Positions 63,681 to 64,000 of a DNA stretch of 64,000 bases are shown here, piece after piece. Made by a program: the position numbers and the translations under genes. Each line of letters starts with the position of its first letter. Position 1 is the first letter of the stretch. Origin of the DNA: Camelus ferus (taxonomy: Eukaryota); assembly GCF_009834535.1 (NCBI RefSeq), contig NC_045696.1, positions 108,502,001-108,566,000 on the forward strand. The letters run 5' to 3'. The notes under the pieces were generated by a model. It made no database searches and had not been told where the DNA came from. It was given only the letters and a program-made list of their open reading frames with translations.

Positions 63681-64000
63681 CAGTAAGAGTGCATAGCTTT
63701 TTAATCAGCTATTTATACACTCTTGTTAAGCATGTGATACCTAATGTAAATACCTAAACTCTTTCCAATAAAGATAGCAAGTCAGGTCTCCAACTTTTCA
63801 TTCTGCTTTATTCTTGTTTGAACCTCAACACTAGATTCCAGATTTATCCCTCTAACATTTTGTCTCGCAGATTTCAAATTAGCATTCAAGGCTGTGGTAC
63901 CGCTCTGAATTTCGATTCTGTCTTCTGTGGTGTTACTTCTGCTACCCAACTGTTACCTCCAAACTCGATAAGCATTCCTCGGCTTGCACCTGACTCATGA

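Overview
Mammalian genomic DNA lying entirely inside EPHB1, the ephrin type-B receptor 1 tyrosine kinase gene, which is on the minus strand. Four coding exons with clean GT-AG boundaries and consistent phases are present: 56434-56312, 44721-44474, 36800-36585 and 4008-3859 (exons 10-13 in the canonical numbering as I recall it). They encode the juxtamembrane tyrosines and most of the kinase domain, with GxGxxG, VAIK, HRD, DFG and APE intact. The rest is intron filled with old repeats (MIR, L2, L1M, MaLR, an ERV solo LTR, hAT and Tigger DNA elements). A cetartiodactyl-type L1 3' end, with no Alu, Bov-tA/BovB, PRE1 or CHR-2 SINE that I could recognise, suggests a camelid (inference only). The top finding is a candidate 12-nt in-frame neural-type microexon at 2519-2508 (CATGTCGAATCG = His-Val-Glu-Ser). 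It has a GTAAGT donor, a TAG acceptor preceded by three UGC motifs, a ~74-nt AG-free zone and a distal branch point, and it would insert 4 residues at the start of kinase helix alphaG. Other findings include a TSD-flanked retrocopy of an mRNA 3'UTR that adds a sense-strand poly(A) signal to intron 12, candidate enhancer motif clusters, and several recent duplications. Repeat family names and boundaries are from recognition by eye and are approximate.
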